Source: Bacteroidota bacterium
Lineage (GTDB): Bacteria > Bacteroidota > Ignavibacteria > UBA10030 > SZUA-254
Assembly (NCBI GenBank): GCA_033854175.1
Contig: JAWOKN010000056.1
Span: 3,736-67,735 of the forward strand
DNA: 64,000 nt
Direction: 5' to 3'
The notes beneath the pieces were generated by a model that saw nothing but the letters and a program-made list of their open reading frames with translations, did no database searches and had not been told where the DNA came from. The translations under genes were made by a program, and so were the position numbers. Each line of letters opens with the position of its first letter. The first letter of the stretch is position 1. This document shows, in pieces, positions 45,272 through 54,511 of the stretch.

Positions 45272-45522
45272 CTACTAGAGCTGAAGAAATACAAAGGCCG
45301 GTTCTTCCCTCTGTATTAGAGACCTTTTTGATCATCAGAAGAATCCCTTTTTTAAGAATGAGAAATCAGCAGTTTACGGCTATAAGAAGTGACACCGTGC
45401 CCCCTCCTTCCGCTGCATTTGCCGTTGCACCGCAAAATGGACTATCCCCGTATAAAGCCGAAGGCGCCAGGTCCGGGCGTCTGAGTATAAAAAAGCTCTC
45501 ACCCGCGCTCCGCAAACCGAAA

Positions 45523-46578
45523 ATGGGTTACCGGAACGAAACAGGCATACGCCGAATCCTCCTGAGGCTCAGGGAAGATTCACAGTTCCTCCGTTCGGTC
45601 ATACAGACAGCGTTCCTGCTGCTTTGCATCTGGATCGGGATAGAGTTCTATTTATTCGTGAAATGGGGTGCCTCGGGAGGTGTGGAGGCCTATCATATGC
45701 GGCCTCCCGGTGTGGAAGGATTTCTGCCGATCAGCGCTCTGATCAGCCTGAAATATTTCCTGCAGACCGGCATCATCAACAGCGTCCATCCCTCGGGATT
45801 ATTCATCTTCGCAGCGATTCTGGTAATAGGATTTTTCTTTAAAAAAGCCTTCTGCAGCTGGCTCTGTCCGATCGGCACAATAAGTGAATCCCTCTGGACC
45901 TTCGGCCGGAAACTCTTCGGGAAAAATATCGTCCTACCCCGATGGCTCGATTATCCGCTCCGTTCCATCAAATACCTGCTCCTGTTGTTTTTTGCCTACA
46001 TCATCTGGAGCATGAGCATCGATGGCCTCCAGTTTTTCATACAAAGCCCGTACAACCAGGTAGCAGACGTCAAGATGTACTACTTTTTCGCACGGATCAG
46101 CACCTTTGCCCTCTGGACCATCATCATCCTTGCGATCCTGTCGGTCTTCATCAAAAACTTCTGGTGCCGGTATCTCTGTCCCTACGGAGCGCTCCTGGGC
46201 ATCACCGGATTATTCAGTCCGTTAAAGATCACGCGGAATACGACAACATGCATCGACTGCGAACTCTGCACGAAAGTCTGTCCGGCCAGCATCAGGGTCC
46301 ACGCGCTGAAGAAGGTGAGAAGTGATGAATGCATGAGCTGTCTTGAATGCGTGCAGATCTGTCCGGTAAAAAACACACTTGAAGTTCAGCCCCCCGCGGG
46401 GAACGCGAAAGTCCCCGGATGGATCTTCGGGCTTCTCGTCGCCGGGGTATTCGTCGGGATCACCGGTCTTGCGATGCTCGCCGGGCACTGGCAGAATTCA
46501 ATCACAAAGGCAGAATACCTGAACCACTTCCGGAACATCGAATCCCACGTCTATTCCCATGAAGACGCGATCCGATAA
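45523..46578 (+). CDS. NapH/YccM-type membrane polyferredoxin (4Fe-4S binding protein)
   Basis: Membrane CxxxCP motifs (FCSWLCPIG, WCRYLCPYG) plus two ferredoxin motifs (CIDCELCTKVCP, CMSCLECVQICP). ATG 45523 gives ~25 aa before the first TM helix. The ORF-track TTG 45328 would add a low-complexity extension, so the start is uncertain. Confidence 0.75.
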   Translation: MGYRNETGIRRILLRLREDSQFLRSVIQTAFLLLCIWIGIEFYLFVKWGASGGVEAYHMRPPGVEGFLPISALISLKYFLQTGIINSVHPSGLFIFAAILVIGFFFKKAFCSWLCPIGTISESLWTFGRKLFGKNIVLPRWLDYPLRSIKYLLLLFFAYIIWSMSIDGLQFFIQSPYNQVADVKMYYFFARISTFALWTIIILAILSVFIKNFWCRYLCPYGALLGITGLFSPLKITRNTTTCIDCELCTKVCPASIRVHALKKVRSDECMSCLECVQICPVKNTLEVQPPAGNAKVPGWIFGLLVAGVFVGITGLAMLAGHWQNSITKAEYLNHFRNIESHVYSHEDAIR

Positions 46579-47365
46579 ATCTCTCCGGGCGTTTTACGAC
46601 ACTCTGGCGCCGGACTACGACCTGATGACGGCATTCAACGATCGCGTCGCGAGAGAGGAGGAATTCTTCCGTTTCCTTGCAAAAAAATATCACATTCGCA
46701 CCGCAATCGATGCAGGCTGCGGGACGGGAGTTCACTCGATACTTCTTGCCAGGCTGGGCGTGAAGGTCACTGCTGTGGACATATCGCGGAAAATGATCAC
46801 GGCGACGAGAGCCAATGCACAAAAATTTCACCTCCCGATAAGAGGAGTAGAATCGTCATTCGGTGAAATGGCAAAAAAATTGGATACCGTCGCCGACGCC
46901 CTCTTTTGCATGGGAAATTCCCTGGCGCACATGCTGACGGAGGAGGAATTACTCGACAGCCTGGCAAATTTCCGTGCACTCCTCAGGCCGAAGGGACTTT
47001 TGGTACTCCAGCTGGGAAATTACGACCGAATACTCAAAGAGAGGGCACGTCTGCAGCATGTGAGGGATTCCGGAGGAAAAAGCTTCGTGCGATCGTACTG
47101 CTACCTTCAATCTTTAATATCCTTCAGTATAGATATCAAGACTTCAGCCAGGGGGAGAACATTGAAGAACATCAGAATAAAGCTGAACCCAATCCGCAGC
47201 GGATATCTTCAAAGGCTCCTCATCCGGTCAGGATTCACAGTGATGGCAGAATACGGAAGCCTGCAAAAGGAGCCATTTTCGAAGGGTAGGTCGCGCGATG
47301 TAATCATCCTGGCCAAAAAGGCATACATGCGAATCTTTTCCTCATTTCCTGCATCATATAGATGA
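46559..47365 (+). CDS. Class I SAM-dependent methyltransferase
   Basis: AIDAGCGTGVHSILLARLGVKVTAVDISRKMI (motif I plus the acidic residue). It overlaps the upstream gene by 20 nt. Confidence 0.85.
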   Translation: MKTRSDKSLRAFYDTLAPDYDLMTAFNDRVAREEEFFRFLAKKYHIRTAIDAGCGTGVHSILLARLGVKVTAVDISRKMITATRANAQKFHLPIRGVESSFGEMAKKLDTVADALFCMGNSLAHMLTEEELLDSLANFRALLRPKGLLVLQLGNYDRILKERARLQHVRDSGGKSFVRSYCYLQSLISFSIDIKTSARGRTLKNIRIKLNPIRSGYLQRLLIRSGFTVMAEYGSLQKEPFSKGRSRDVIILAKKAYMRIFSSFPASYR

Positions 47366-47452
47366 ATGGGCAGAGTATTTTCCCGAAACGGCGATGAAGT
47401 GAAAAATCGGGCAATTAGACACCAGACATGAAATGAAACGGAGCAAGTAATC

Positions 47453-47917
47453 ATGAGCACAAAGCAGGCAACAATACATCAGCTTCAGGGAACAACGCTT
47501 CTGGCAAAAAGCGATTCAAATCACTGGGTTGTCATGGACGGGTCTCCGACCTTCGGGGGAAGCAGTGCCGGATCGAGTCCCAAGGAATTACTTCTCATGG
47601 CACTCGGGGGTTGCACTGCCAACGACGTGATCCCGATTCTGAAGAAAAAGCGTGTCCCCCTTCAAAAACTTGAAATACGGGTAACAGGAAACACGCGGGA
47701 CGAACACCCGCAGATCTTCACCAACATCAACATCGAATATATATTTTACGGTAATGGCCTGGACACAGAAGCGCTCGAACGGGCGATAGAACTCTCAACG
47801 ACAAAATACTGTTCAATTTCCGCGATGCTCCGGAGCTCAGTAGAAATAACGCATTCATACCGGCAGGTCGGTGTGCAGGAAGAAGCACCCGCCGAAATGC
47901 TCGTGGAGAACAACTGA
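47453..47917 (+). CDS. OsmC/Ohr family peroxiredoxin-like protein (second paralogue)
   Basis: SPKELLLMALGGCTANDV...TTKYCSISAML aligns end to end with 25819..26253. Confidence 0.9.
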   Translation: MSTKQATIHQLQGTTLLAKSDSNHWVVMDGSPTFGGSSAGSSPKELLLMALGGCTANDVIPILKKKRVPLQKLEIRVTGNTRDEHPQIFTNINIEYIFYGNGLDTEALERAIELSTTKYCSISAMLRSSVEITHSYRQVGVQEEAPAEMLVENN

Positions 47918-48006
47918 TACCTGAGGGATCTCACAAATCCCTGAGCGTGAGATGGACAACAACCACAGGAATACACCACAAACACAGAACGGAGCTGCAT
48001 CACCCT

Positions 48007-48240
48007 ATGCCTATTTTTGAATACCGCTGCACGCACTGCGATCAAGTCTTCGATATCCTCCACAAAGGCCGTGAAATTACCGCCGACGTCATCTGTCCGT
48101 CGTGCGGATCGACGGAGTACAAAAAACTCATCTCCGCTCCATCGGTTTCCGTGGGGCAGTCATCGGGAACCGATTCCTTTTCCGGGCCTTCATGCGGAGC
48201 CGACGGAGGATGTTGCGGAGGCTCATGCCAGGTAAATTAA
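48007..48240 (+). CDS. FmdB-family zinc-ribbon protein
   Basis: MPIFEYRCTHCDQVFDILHKGREITADVICPSCGSTEYKKLIS (CxxC...CxxC) with a Gly/Cys-rich tail. The ORF-track start 47947 is an extension. Confidence 0.8.
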   Translation: MPIFEYRCTHCDQVFDILHKGREITADVICPSCGSTEYKKLISAPSVSVGQSSGTDSFSGPSCGADGGCCGGSCQVN

Positions 48241-48256
48241 CCGGCCAGGAAACAGT

Positions 48257-48634
48257 ATGAGCCCCACACTTCTTATCATCCTATCAGTCATCGCATTATT
48301 CCTGGTTTTCAGAATCCGCCGATGGTTCGTCCAGCGGTCGGTAAAGCAATATACACCGGCGGAGGCGCAGCAATCCCCGAATAAAATATTTCTCGACGTC
48401 CGGACGGGTGCGGAGCGGGCCCAGGGGTCGATCAGGGGATCGATCCACATTCCGCTCCACGAACTCTCCCGTCGGATCAACGAACTGCGGCCACACATGA
48501 ACCGAGAAATCATCTGTTACTGTCAATCGGGGAGCAGAAGCATCGCAGCCTCGTCGATTCTCCAGCGTCACGGATACACTGTGGCAAACCTCAAAGGAGG
48601 GATAGCCGAATGGAATTTCCAAAACCTCCGGTAA
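48257..48634 (+). CDS. Membrane-anchored rhodanese-domain sulfurtransferase
   Basis: N-terminal TM helix, FLDVRTGAERAQGSIRGSIHIP, and the active-site loop CYCQSGSRS. Confidence 0.85.
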   Translation: MSPTLLIILSVIALFLVFRIRRWFVQRSVKQYTPAEAQQSPNKIFLDVRTGAERAQGSIRGSIHIPLHELSRRINELRPHMNREIICYCQSGSRSIAASSILQRHGYTVANLKGGIAEWNFQNLR

Positions 48635-48837
48635 TTTTAATAAAATCAGCCGCCCCGATCGTCGGCGGGATCATGGGTTTCGCGTACTACAAATTTGTCG
48701 GATGCACAACGGGAGCCTGTCCGATAACGGGTAACCCGTTTATCAGCACACTCTATGGGGCGCTTCTCGGGTATCTCATCGGATCCCAGTTTACCAGAAC
48801 ATCACCACCGGACAGCAAACAAACGGACACTTTATGA
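48610..48837 (+). CDS. Small two-TM membrane protein with GC-x-x-GACP motif
   Basis: PIVGGIMGFAYYKFVGCTTGACPITGNPFISTLYGALLGYLIG. It overlaps the rhodanese gene by 25 nt and the DUF302-like gene by 4 nt (ATGA). The start is uncertain. Confidence 0.5.
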   Translation: MEFPKPPVILIKSAAPIVGGIMGFAYYKFVGCTTGACPITGNPFISTLYGALLGYLIGSQFTRTSPPDSKQTDTL

Positions 48838-49217
48838 ACTACGGAATCTCAAAAACGGTCCACCTGTCGTACGACCAGGCAGTTGCAAAAGTAACTGAAA
48901 CCTTACAGAAGGAAGGTTTTGGCATCCTCACATCGATCGACGTCAAAGAAACCCTCAAAAAGAAACTGAACGTTGATTTCAAGCGGTACGTCATCCTGGG
49001 AGCCTGCAACCCGCACTTTGCCCATCAGACCCTTCAGATGGAAGAAAACATCGGGCTACTCCTCCCCTGCAACGTCATCGTGTACGAGAAGGACAATGCC
49101 ACAGTTGTGGCTGCATTCAATCCGATGGCCATGACGGAGCTGATCGGGAACCGGTCGCTCGAAAAAATTGCCCGGGAGGTAGCCGACCGGCTTGAGCGGG
49201 CAATTAACGCCGTATAA
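48834..49217 (+). CDS. DUF302-like protein
   Basis: MNYGISKTVHLSYDQAVAKVTETLQKEGFGILTSIDVKETLKKKLNVDFKRYVILGACNPHFAHQ...LLPCNVIVYE is the pattern I recognise as DUF302. Confidence 0.8.
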   Translation: MNYGISKTVHLSYDQAVAKVTETLQKEGFGILTSIDVKETLKKKLNVDFKRYVILGACNPHFAHQTLQMEENIGLLLPCNVIVYEKDNATVVAAFNPMAMTELIGNRSLEKIAREVADRLERAINAV

Positions 49218-49558
49218 TCCCCGGAAGAGAAAACTTTTCCCGTGTCTCCGGGTGTGAGAAGACAAACCATCCCCATCTCCCGGCGGAGACAATCCACGCA
49301 ATCCGGCTGAGTCTCAGAAAATTGACCCAGAACGTCACTCGAGACTAAAACCAAGTACTGGAAGAATAGTTACATCACCTCCCCCGGATCGAGCGGTGAC
49401 TTCAGAGTTTCCGCAGAATGAAACCCCGAACGATGCGCTGAAATTCTTAATCTTCTTCACTTCCCACACACTAGTCTATAAATATTCATCGGCATGGAAA
49501 GCAACACCGCTCCTGCAATCAAATGTGAAACAGCAGGTGGCAAACCATGTTGCCCGGC

Positions 49559-50110
49559 CTATCTCAGTACGCCACACTGCAGACTGAACAGCATGGCGAC
49601 ATATGATCGATCTCTATTAAGGTTCGCCGGAATATCTACACCGAGACCGAAGTATGGAAGGGGTGTCCAAAAAAACTGCCCGTCCAGGGCAAGACCCACC
49701 GTACGATAGGTGAGCTTTTCATATTCGGCCGAGCTATAGAAGTACCGGCCACGAAGGATCACGCCGACAAAACTGACGCCTGCGGATATTGAGGCAAGAT
49801 CCGTCTGTGTCTTCTTGAGGATGAGCCCATAAAGAGCACCGAGGTCCCTGACGGATTCGGGGGGATCGGGACCCATGATGCGCATTTCCTCATTATACAC
49901 AAAACGGATCGAAACGACATGCATACCGGTTTGATAGGAAACGTTTACGCCGGCAGATCCGCCGGCTGAACCGAGTCCAATTCCCCCATTGATCCAATAA
50001 TGATTTCCCGCGGCATCGCCCGAACTATCCCCGGGCGGAGAGGGAACCATTCCGGACGTTATTGTCAAAGAAAGAAGACAAACGATAAATATGAAATTCA
50101 ATCGAACCAT
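49559..50110 (-). CDS. Secreted protein, probably a small beta-barrel; function unknown
   Basis: MVRLNFIFIVCLLSLTITSG is a signal peptide. The protein is G/S/Y-rich and ends ...YVAMLFSLQCGVLR. ATG 50125 is an alternative start. Confidence 0.5.
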   Translation of the reverse strand: MVRLNFIFIVCLLSLTITSGMVPSPPGDSSGDAAGNHYWINGGIGLGSAGGSAGVNVSYQTGMHVVSIRFVYNEEMRIMGPDPPESVRDLGALYGLILKKTQTDLASISAGVSFVGVILRGRYFYSSAEYEKLTYRTVGLALDGQFFWTPLPYFGLGVDIPANLNRDRSYVAMLFSLQCGVLR

Positions 50111-50130
50111 TTCGCCCAGACGCATTGACT

Positions 50131-50700
50131 CTATGATGACGGCCGTTTCGATTTCAACTTCGGTTGAATGACATAATCCACCTGCCGCTGGAAAGAGTGC
50201 TTATTTTCATTAAAGACAGATTTGTACATCACACTTTTCTCATCGATCGCACGGTCGACTGCAAGTATCCCGTCAAGATGGTCGATCTCATGCTGCAGGA
50301 GTTCAGACCGGGCACGACCGAGTTTCTCCCATTTCCGGATATTGCCTGATTCATCCCGGAAGGTCAAACTGATCGAAGTACAGCGTCTGACCTTCACCAG
50401 GAGGTCGGGAAATGACATGCAGTCATCCCAGAGGGTGAATGTTTCCTTCGAATGCCAGGTAATGAGCGGATTGACGACCATGAACGGACCATTTCCAAGG
50501 TTCAGGGCAATGAAACGTTTATTGATGCCGATCTGGGGAGCAGCGATCCCCCGGCCGAATCCCATCTCCCGTCTGAATCTTTCGAGTGCACTCTTCAAGG
50601 AACTCATTTCCCTGTGTAACTGCGGATCCTTGAAATCCTTTACTTCCCGGGATATCTTTCGCAGACGCGGATCACCGAGTAACAAGACCTTCTTCAACAT
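50131..50700 (-). CDS. def: Peptide deformylase
   Basis: The three Def motifs are present: GIAAPQIG, CMSFPD, HEIDHLDG. Confidence 0.9.
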   Translation of the reverse strand: MLKKVLLLGDPRLRKISREVKDFKDPQLHREMSSLKSALERFRREMGFGRGIAAPQIGINKRFIALNLGNGPFMVVNPLITWHSKETFTLWDDCMSFPDLLVKVRRCTSISLTFRDESGNIRKWEKLGRARSELLQHEIDHLDGILAVDRAIDEKSVMYKSVFNENKHSFQRQVDYVIQPKLKSKRPSS

Positions 50701-50915
50701 AGTGACAGTCCATCAATGGTTATCGACAGGCAGCTGCACAAAGGTAATAATCTTTGGCAGGAGGTGCAATACAGTATCCCTTCCGGTAATCTGATAAGGA
50801 CCGGGTAAAGGCCCTCCGACCATCAAATCTTCGTACAATCCATTTTGCGCACTGGCTTTTCACGATCATGATTATTACATTCTGCTGAATTTTCAACCTC
50901 GTGAGGTTGCTTGAT

Positions 50916-52562
50916 ATGTCAGGTCCGGGAATATCCCTGTTTTTTAAAAAAGCGCATCTCATTGTAGAGATCCTCCTCCTCCACCTAGTCGGGTATCCCG
51001 CATTAGCTGGTCCTCAGCAGAAGACAGAGTACAACACCGGCATCCGGCCGTTCCATGTAAGTTACTACCGGCTCAATCTGCGAATTGCCACCTCACCAAA
51101 CAGAATACACGGGCAGGTTCTCGCAAAGATCGTCGGCACAGGAGACAGCCTGCGCACCATCAAGCTTGATCTCATCCGCTCCACAATGCTCATCGACTCA
51201 GTCACTGTCGCCGGCCGAAAGTCCACGTTTGTCCAGGACTCGGCAACATTCACGATCATGCTCGACAGAGTCTATCATCGTGGTGAGGCGGTCACAACCG
51301 GGATTTTCTATCATAACACGTATGATGGCCGGCGTTTTGGTGATTTCGTCTTTGCGACCTTCGGAACCGATAATCCTTGGATCTGGAGTACAAGTGAAAC
51401 CGAGATGGCGCGATTCTGGTGGCCCTGCAATGACCATCCCTCGGATAAAGCTGACTCAGTCGACATGATTGTCACCGTCGACCGGAACCTCAAGGTAGGC
51501 TCAAACGGAATACTTGTATCGGTCACCGACAATCCGGACCGCACCCGGACATATCACTGGCACGAAAGCTATCCCATCGCGACATATCTCGTCTCTGTGG
51601 CCATAGCCGATTATGCAGCGTACTCGGACTGGTGGAAGTACACCGACCGCGATTCGATGGAGATACTCAACTATGTATTTCCTGCGGATCTGGAGGATGC
51701 AAAGGAAAATTTTAGTTGTGTGCGTGATGGACTCACCATCTTTTCAAGATTATTTGGCCGTTATCCGTTCGCAAAGGAAAAATACGGCGTTGCTGAATGC
51801 GGTGCCGGTCTGGAAAACCAGACCATGATCTCCTTGGCATTGCGTCATTGGAGCGAGAGAAACATCATCCACGAGCTCGCACATCAATGGTTCGGTGATA
51901 TGATCACCTGCAGAACGTGGAGCGAACTTTGGCTCAACGAGGGATTTACGGAATATTGCAATGCCCTTTACCTCGAACAGAAGCACGGGGCGTCAGAATA
52001 CCGGGCATTCATCAATGATCACATGGCTCAAGCTCGGAACGCATCCGGATCGCTCCATCTCACAGATACAACGGATCCGGCAAAGATGTTCGAAGGACCC
52101 CTTGTTTATTTCAAGGGTGCATCGGTGCTCCACATGCTCAGGCGCATTCTCGGTGACAGCTTGTTCTTCAAAGTACTGTATGAATACGCAAACGATCCTC
52201 ATCTGAAATATGCCACAGCAACAACCGAAGACTTCCGCGCTGTCTGTGAGCGCACATCGGGCAAAGACCTCGGATATTTCTTCGATGAATGGGTCTATGG
52301 GGAGGGCCACCCTACGTATAAATATTCCTGGACCTCGGAGCATTCCGGAAACGGAGAGAGCCTGACCGTTCGAATACGCCAGTTCAATTACCACTCAAAA
52401 CCCGATTATTTTATCATGCCGGTAGATTTGAAGATCTGGGCTGGCGGGAAGGACAGCATCATCACACTTTGGAACGACAAACCCGATCAAATATTCCAAA
52501 TTCAATGGCATCGCAAACCGAGCTTGATGATTCTCGATCCCGGGAACTGGATATTGAAATAG
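50916..52562 (+). CDS. M1-family zinc aminopeptidase
   Basis: HELAHQWFGDMITCRTWSELWLNEGFTEY (HExxH-x18-E) with a signal-like N-terminus. Confidence 0.9.
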   Translation: MSGPGISLFFKKAHLIVEILLLHLVGYPALAGPQQKTEYNTGIRPFHVSYYRLNLRIATSPNRIHGQVLAKIVGTGDSLRTIKLDLIRSTMLIDSVTVAGRKSTFVQDSATFTIMLDRVYHRGEAVTTGIFYHNTYDGRRFGDFVFATFGTDNPWIWSTSETEMARFWWPCNDHPSDKADSVDMIVTVDRNLKVGSNGILVSVTDNPDRTRTYHWHESYPIATYLVSVAIADYAAYSDWWKYTDRDSMEILNYVFPADLEDAKENFSCVRDGLTIFSRLFGRYPFAKEKYGVAECGAGLENQTMISLALRHWSERNIIHELAHQWFGDMITCRTWSELWLNEGFTEYCNALYLEQKHGASEYRAFINDHMAQARNASGSLHLTDTTDPAKMFEGPLVYFKGASVLHMLRRILGDSLFFKVLYEYANDPHLKYATATTEDFRAVCERTSGKDLGYFFDEWVYGEGHPTYKYSWTSEHSGNGESLTVRIRQFNYHSKPDYFIMPVDLKIWAGGKDSIITLWNDKPDQIFQIQWHRKPSLMILDPGNWILK

Positions 52563-52648
52563 CCGCGGTTTTATCCGGAAATGACGGGAGATCGATTCCA
52601 TCAATGTCCCGTACTCTGCGGTTGTTAGTAGGGTAGTACTCGACGGAT

Positions 52649-53068
52649 CTATCCGAGTGAGCGGAATTTTTCCCTAAGAGAAGCAATCCGTTCGCGATGA
52701 CCGCAATAAGGACGGGCATACCTCTCGAAATCACCTGCCGGCAAGTTCGCACAGATATCTGGAACCTCATCCCACTGCAACTGGGCCCTCTCCAGAAGCG
52801 GGCACGATTCCACCGGACACTCCCCGCAATTCTTGAGGCCCTTCTCAAGGCAGCACCGGCGCGCGGTGCACCGGATGCTCGTATGGAACACCTGATCATC
52901 GGGACTCAGGCATCCTCCGCAGGATATGTTGGCAGTTTTCTCATCGAGTCCATAGATTCTCCGCCAGGCCTCGGCGACCTCCTGCTGAAACGATGACCCC
53001 TTCGAGGCAGCACGATACGCCCCGCATTTGGAGCATATCACTCCGCAGGCTGACACCACATCATTCAT
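52649..53068 (-). CDS. DUF3795-like Cys-rich protein
   Basis: MNDVVSACGVICSKCGAY...CGGC...CCLEKGLKNCGECPVESCP. Confidence 0.7.
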   Translation of the reverse strand: MNDVVSACGVICSKCGAYRAASKGSSFQQEVAEAWRRIYGLDEKTANISCGGCLSPDDQVFHTSIRCTARRCCLEKGLKNCGECPVESCPLLERAQLQWDEVPDICANLPAGDFERYARPYCGHRERIASLREKFRSLG

Positions 53069-53105
53069 AAAGATTCCTTCAAGTCATTCTGCCACATATC
53101 CGGAT

Positions 53106-53561
53106 TCAGGATTGTTCCTGCCGGTTCTTCCAATCGGTCACATGATCACACGTGTAGCACATCCTGTTGTGGACGCTCACAACATCCTTTCCGCATCTTC
53201 GGCAAAGGAACCGCTGTGTTTGCTTCCGGAGAAACACCTCCAGACCGACTTCCTGAATCTGTCTGAGGTTTTCGATGAAGCTTATCCGATATGTTGTCCG
53301 ATAGCGCCTGTCGATGTTTTCCAGATGTTTGCATGGAAAGACGGGGCATTCATAACAGAATGTCACCCGGCCTTTGGAGAGCCGCTGGCACTGACCCTTG
53401 ATATAGGCGCAGTTCTTGGGGCGGATACGGCAGCCGGAGCAATGCGAGATTTTACCCCGTTTCCTCTGGATGCCGTGGGAATACGCCAGAAATGCACTGC
53501 AGACTCCGCAGTTCATTCCGCATGGTGCAATCTGATCCTGTGTGAAGACATTTACTGACAT
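53106..53561 (-). CDS. DUF3795-like Cys-rich protein (second copy)
   Basis: ATG 53561 gives MSVNVFTQDQIAPCGMNCGVCSAFLAY...CSGC...CYECPVFPCKHL...CRRCG. Confidence 0.65.
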   Translation of the reverse strand: MSVNVFTQDQIAPCGMNCGVCSAFLAYSHGIQRKRGKISHCSGCRIRPKNCAYIKGQCQRLSKGRVTFCYECPVFPCKHLENIDRRYRTTYRISFIENLRQIQEVGLEVFLRKQTQRFLCRRCGKDVVSVHNRMCYTCDHVTDWKNRQEQS

Positions 53562-53617
53562 CGGCAACCCTTCCAAAAATCGGACGACAGCGGTCCGCAA
53601 TAGTCAACGATACAACA

Positions 53618-54436
53618 TCACATAAACCATTTTTTCTGATTATGCACCGCGTCGCCGAACTCGCGCATGAACGCCATATCCTCCGCATCCAGCGGACCCT
53701 TGTGCACCGCGGCGATATTCTCCCGCAGCTGGCGTTCGTTTCTTGGGGCCGTCAGGACAACCTGAACGTTCGGGTTCGAGAGAACAAACCGATAGCACTC
53801 CCCTGCCGTCGGAACGCGCCCGTCCTTCGGCCAGGATTTCGGGCGCCTCAGGAGATAAGTCCAGCGCGTGGCCGTATAGCTGATCACACCCGGATTGTGC
53901 GGCGCAAGATGAGGAAAGATATCCCGTTCGGCACCGCGATGGGCTGCATTATAGCGCAGCATCAATGCATCAACGGAGCCGTTGGCGGCAAGCGTGCCGA
54001 GCAACACCCGATTATGGCTTGAAAGCCCTACAGCCCGAACCTTCCCTTCCTCCTTGAGTTTCAGCAGGTCCTCATGGACTTTCGGTGTAAACTCGGCCGG
54101 TTTCATCACCCCCAGAAAGAGAAAGACATCGATGTAATCCGTCTTAAACTGGCGCAATCGCTTCTCCAGTGCCGACCGGACATTCTGTGACCACCAGATA
54201 TAATTATACGCCCCGGTCACCAGGACGAACTTATCGCGTCGGGGAGGTATCAGCTTCCGGAGCGCCCTTGTCATCTGCAGATCAATCCCGAATCCGAAGA
54301 AGAGGTTGATGCCCTCCTCCACTGCGGCATAGACAGTTTTCTGGCCCGGGTAATAGGAGGCTGAGGCACCGAGCGGGGTTACACTGATGCCTGTATTACC
54401 GAAGGATCGAAGCTGAAAAGACGTCGACATAGGCAC
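53618..54436 (-). CDS. Aldo/keto reductase family oxidoreductase
   Basis: FGNTGISVTPLGASA, YIDVFLFLG, GKVRAVGLSSHN. Confidence 0.8.
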   Translation of the reverse strand: MPMSTSFQLRSFGNTGISVTPLGASASYYPGQKTVYAAVEEGINLFFGFGIDLQMTRALRKLIPPRRDKFVLVTGAYNYIWWSQNVRSALEKRLRQFKTDYIDVFLFLGVMKPAEFTPKVHEDLLKLKEEGKVRAVGLSSHNRVLLGTLAANGSVDALMLRYNAAHRGAERDIFPHLAPHNPGVISYTATRWTYLLRRPKSWPKDGRVPTAGECYRFVLSNPNVQVVLTAPRNERQLRENIAAVHKGPLDAEDMAFMREFGDAVHNQKKWFM

Positions 54437-54511
54437 CTCTCCTAATCTTGTAGACTATGAAAAAACCAGGTTCATCGGTATTATATCCGTTATGGGGTAC
54501 AATCTTCATTC

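Noticed and set aside
45328-45522. TTG-initiated 65-aa N-terminal extension of the NapH-like ORF, and a possible attenuator hairpin near 45295-45330.
   Set aside because: The extension is low-complexity and precedes a good N-terminus at ATG 45523. The hairpin has only 3+4 interrupted base pairs. The long leader remains unexplained.
46569-46590. GATCCGATAAATCTCTCCGG, a partial look-alike of the operator (it shares GATAAATCT).
   Set aside because: It lies inside the overlap of two coding regions. The dyad symmetry is broken and no -24/-12 element follows.
52644-52655. Mini-palindrome CGGAT-CT-ATCCG resembling the core of the 10-4-10 operator.
   Set aside because: The arms are only 5 bp, the spacing differs, it overlaps the stop codon of a convergent gene, and no promoter is adjacent.
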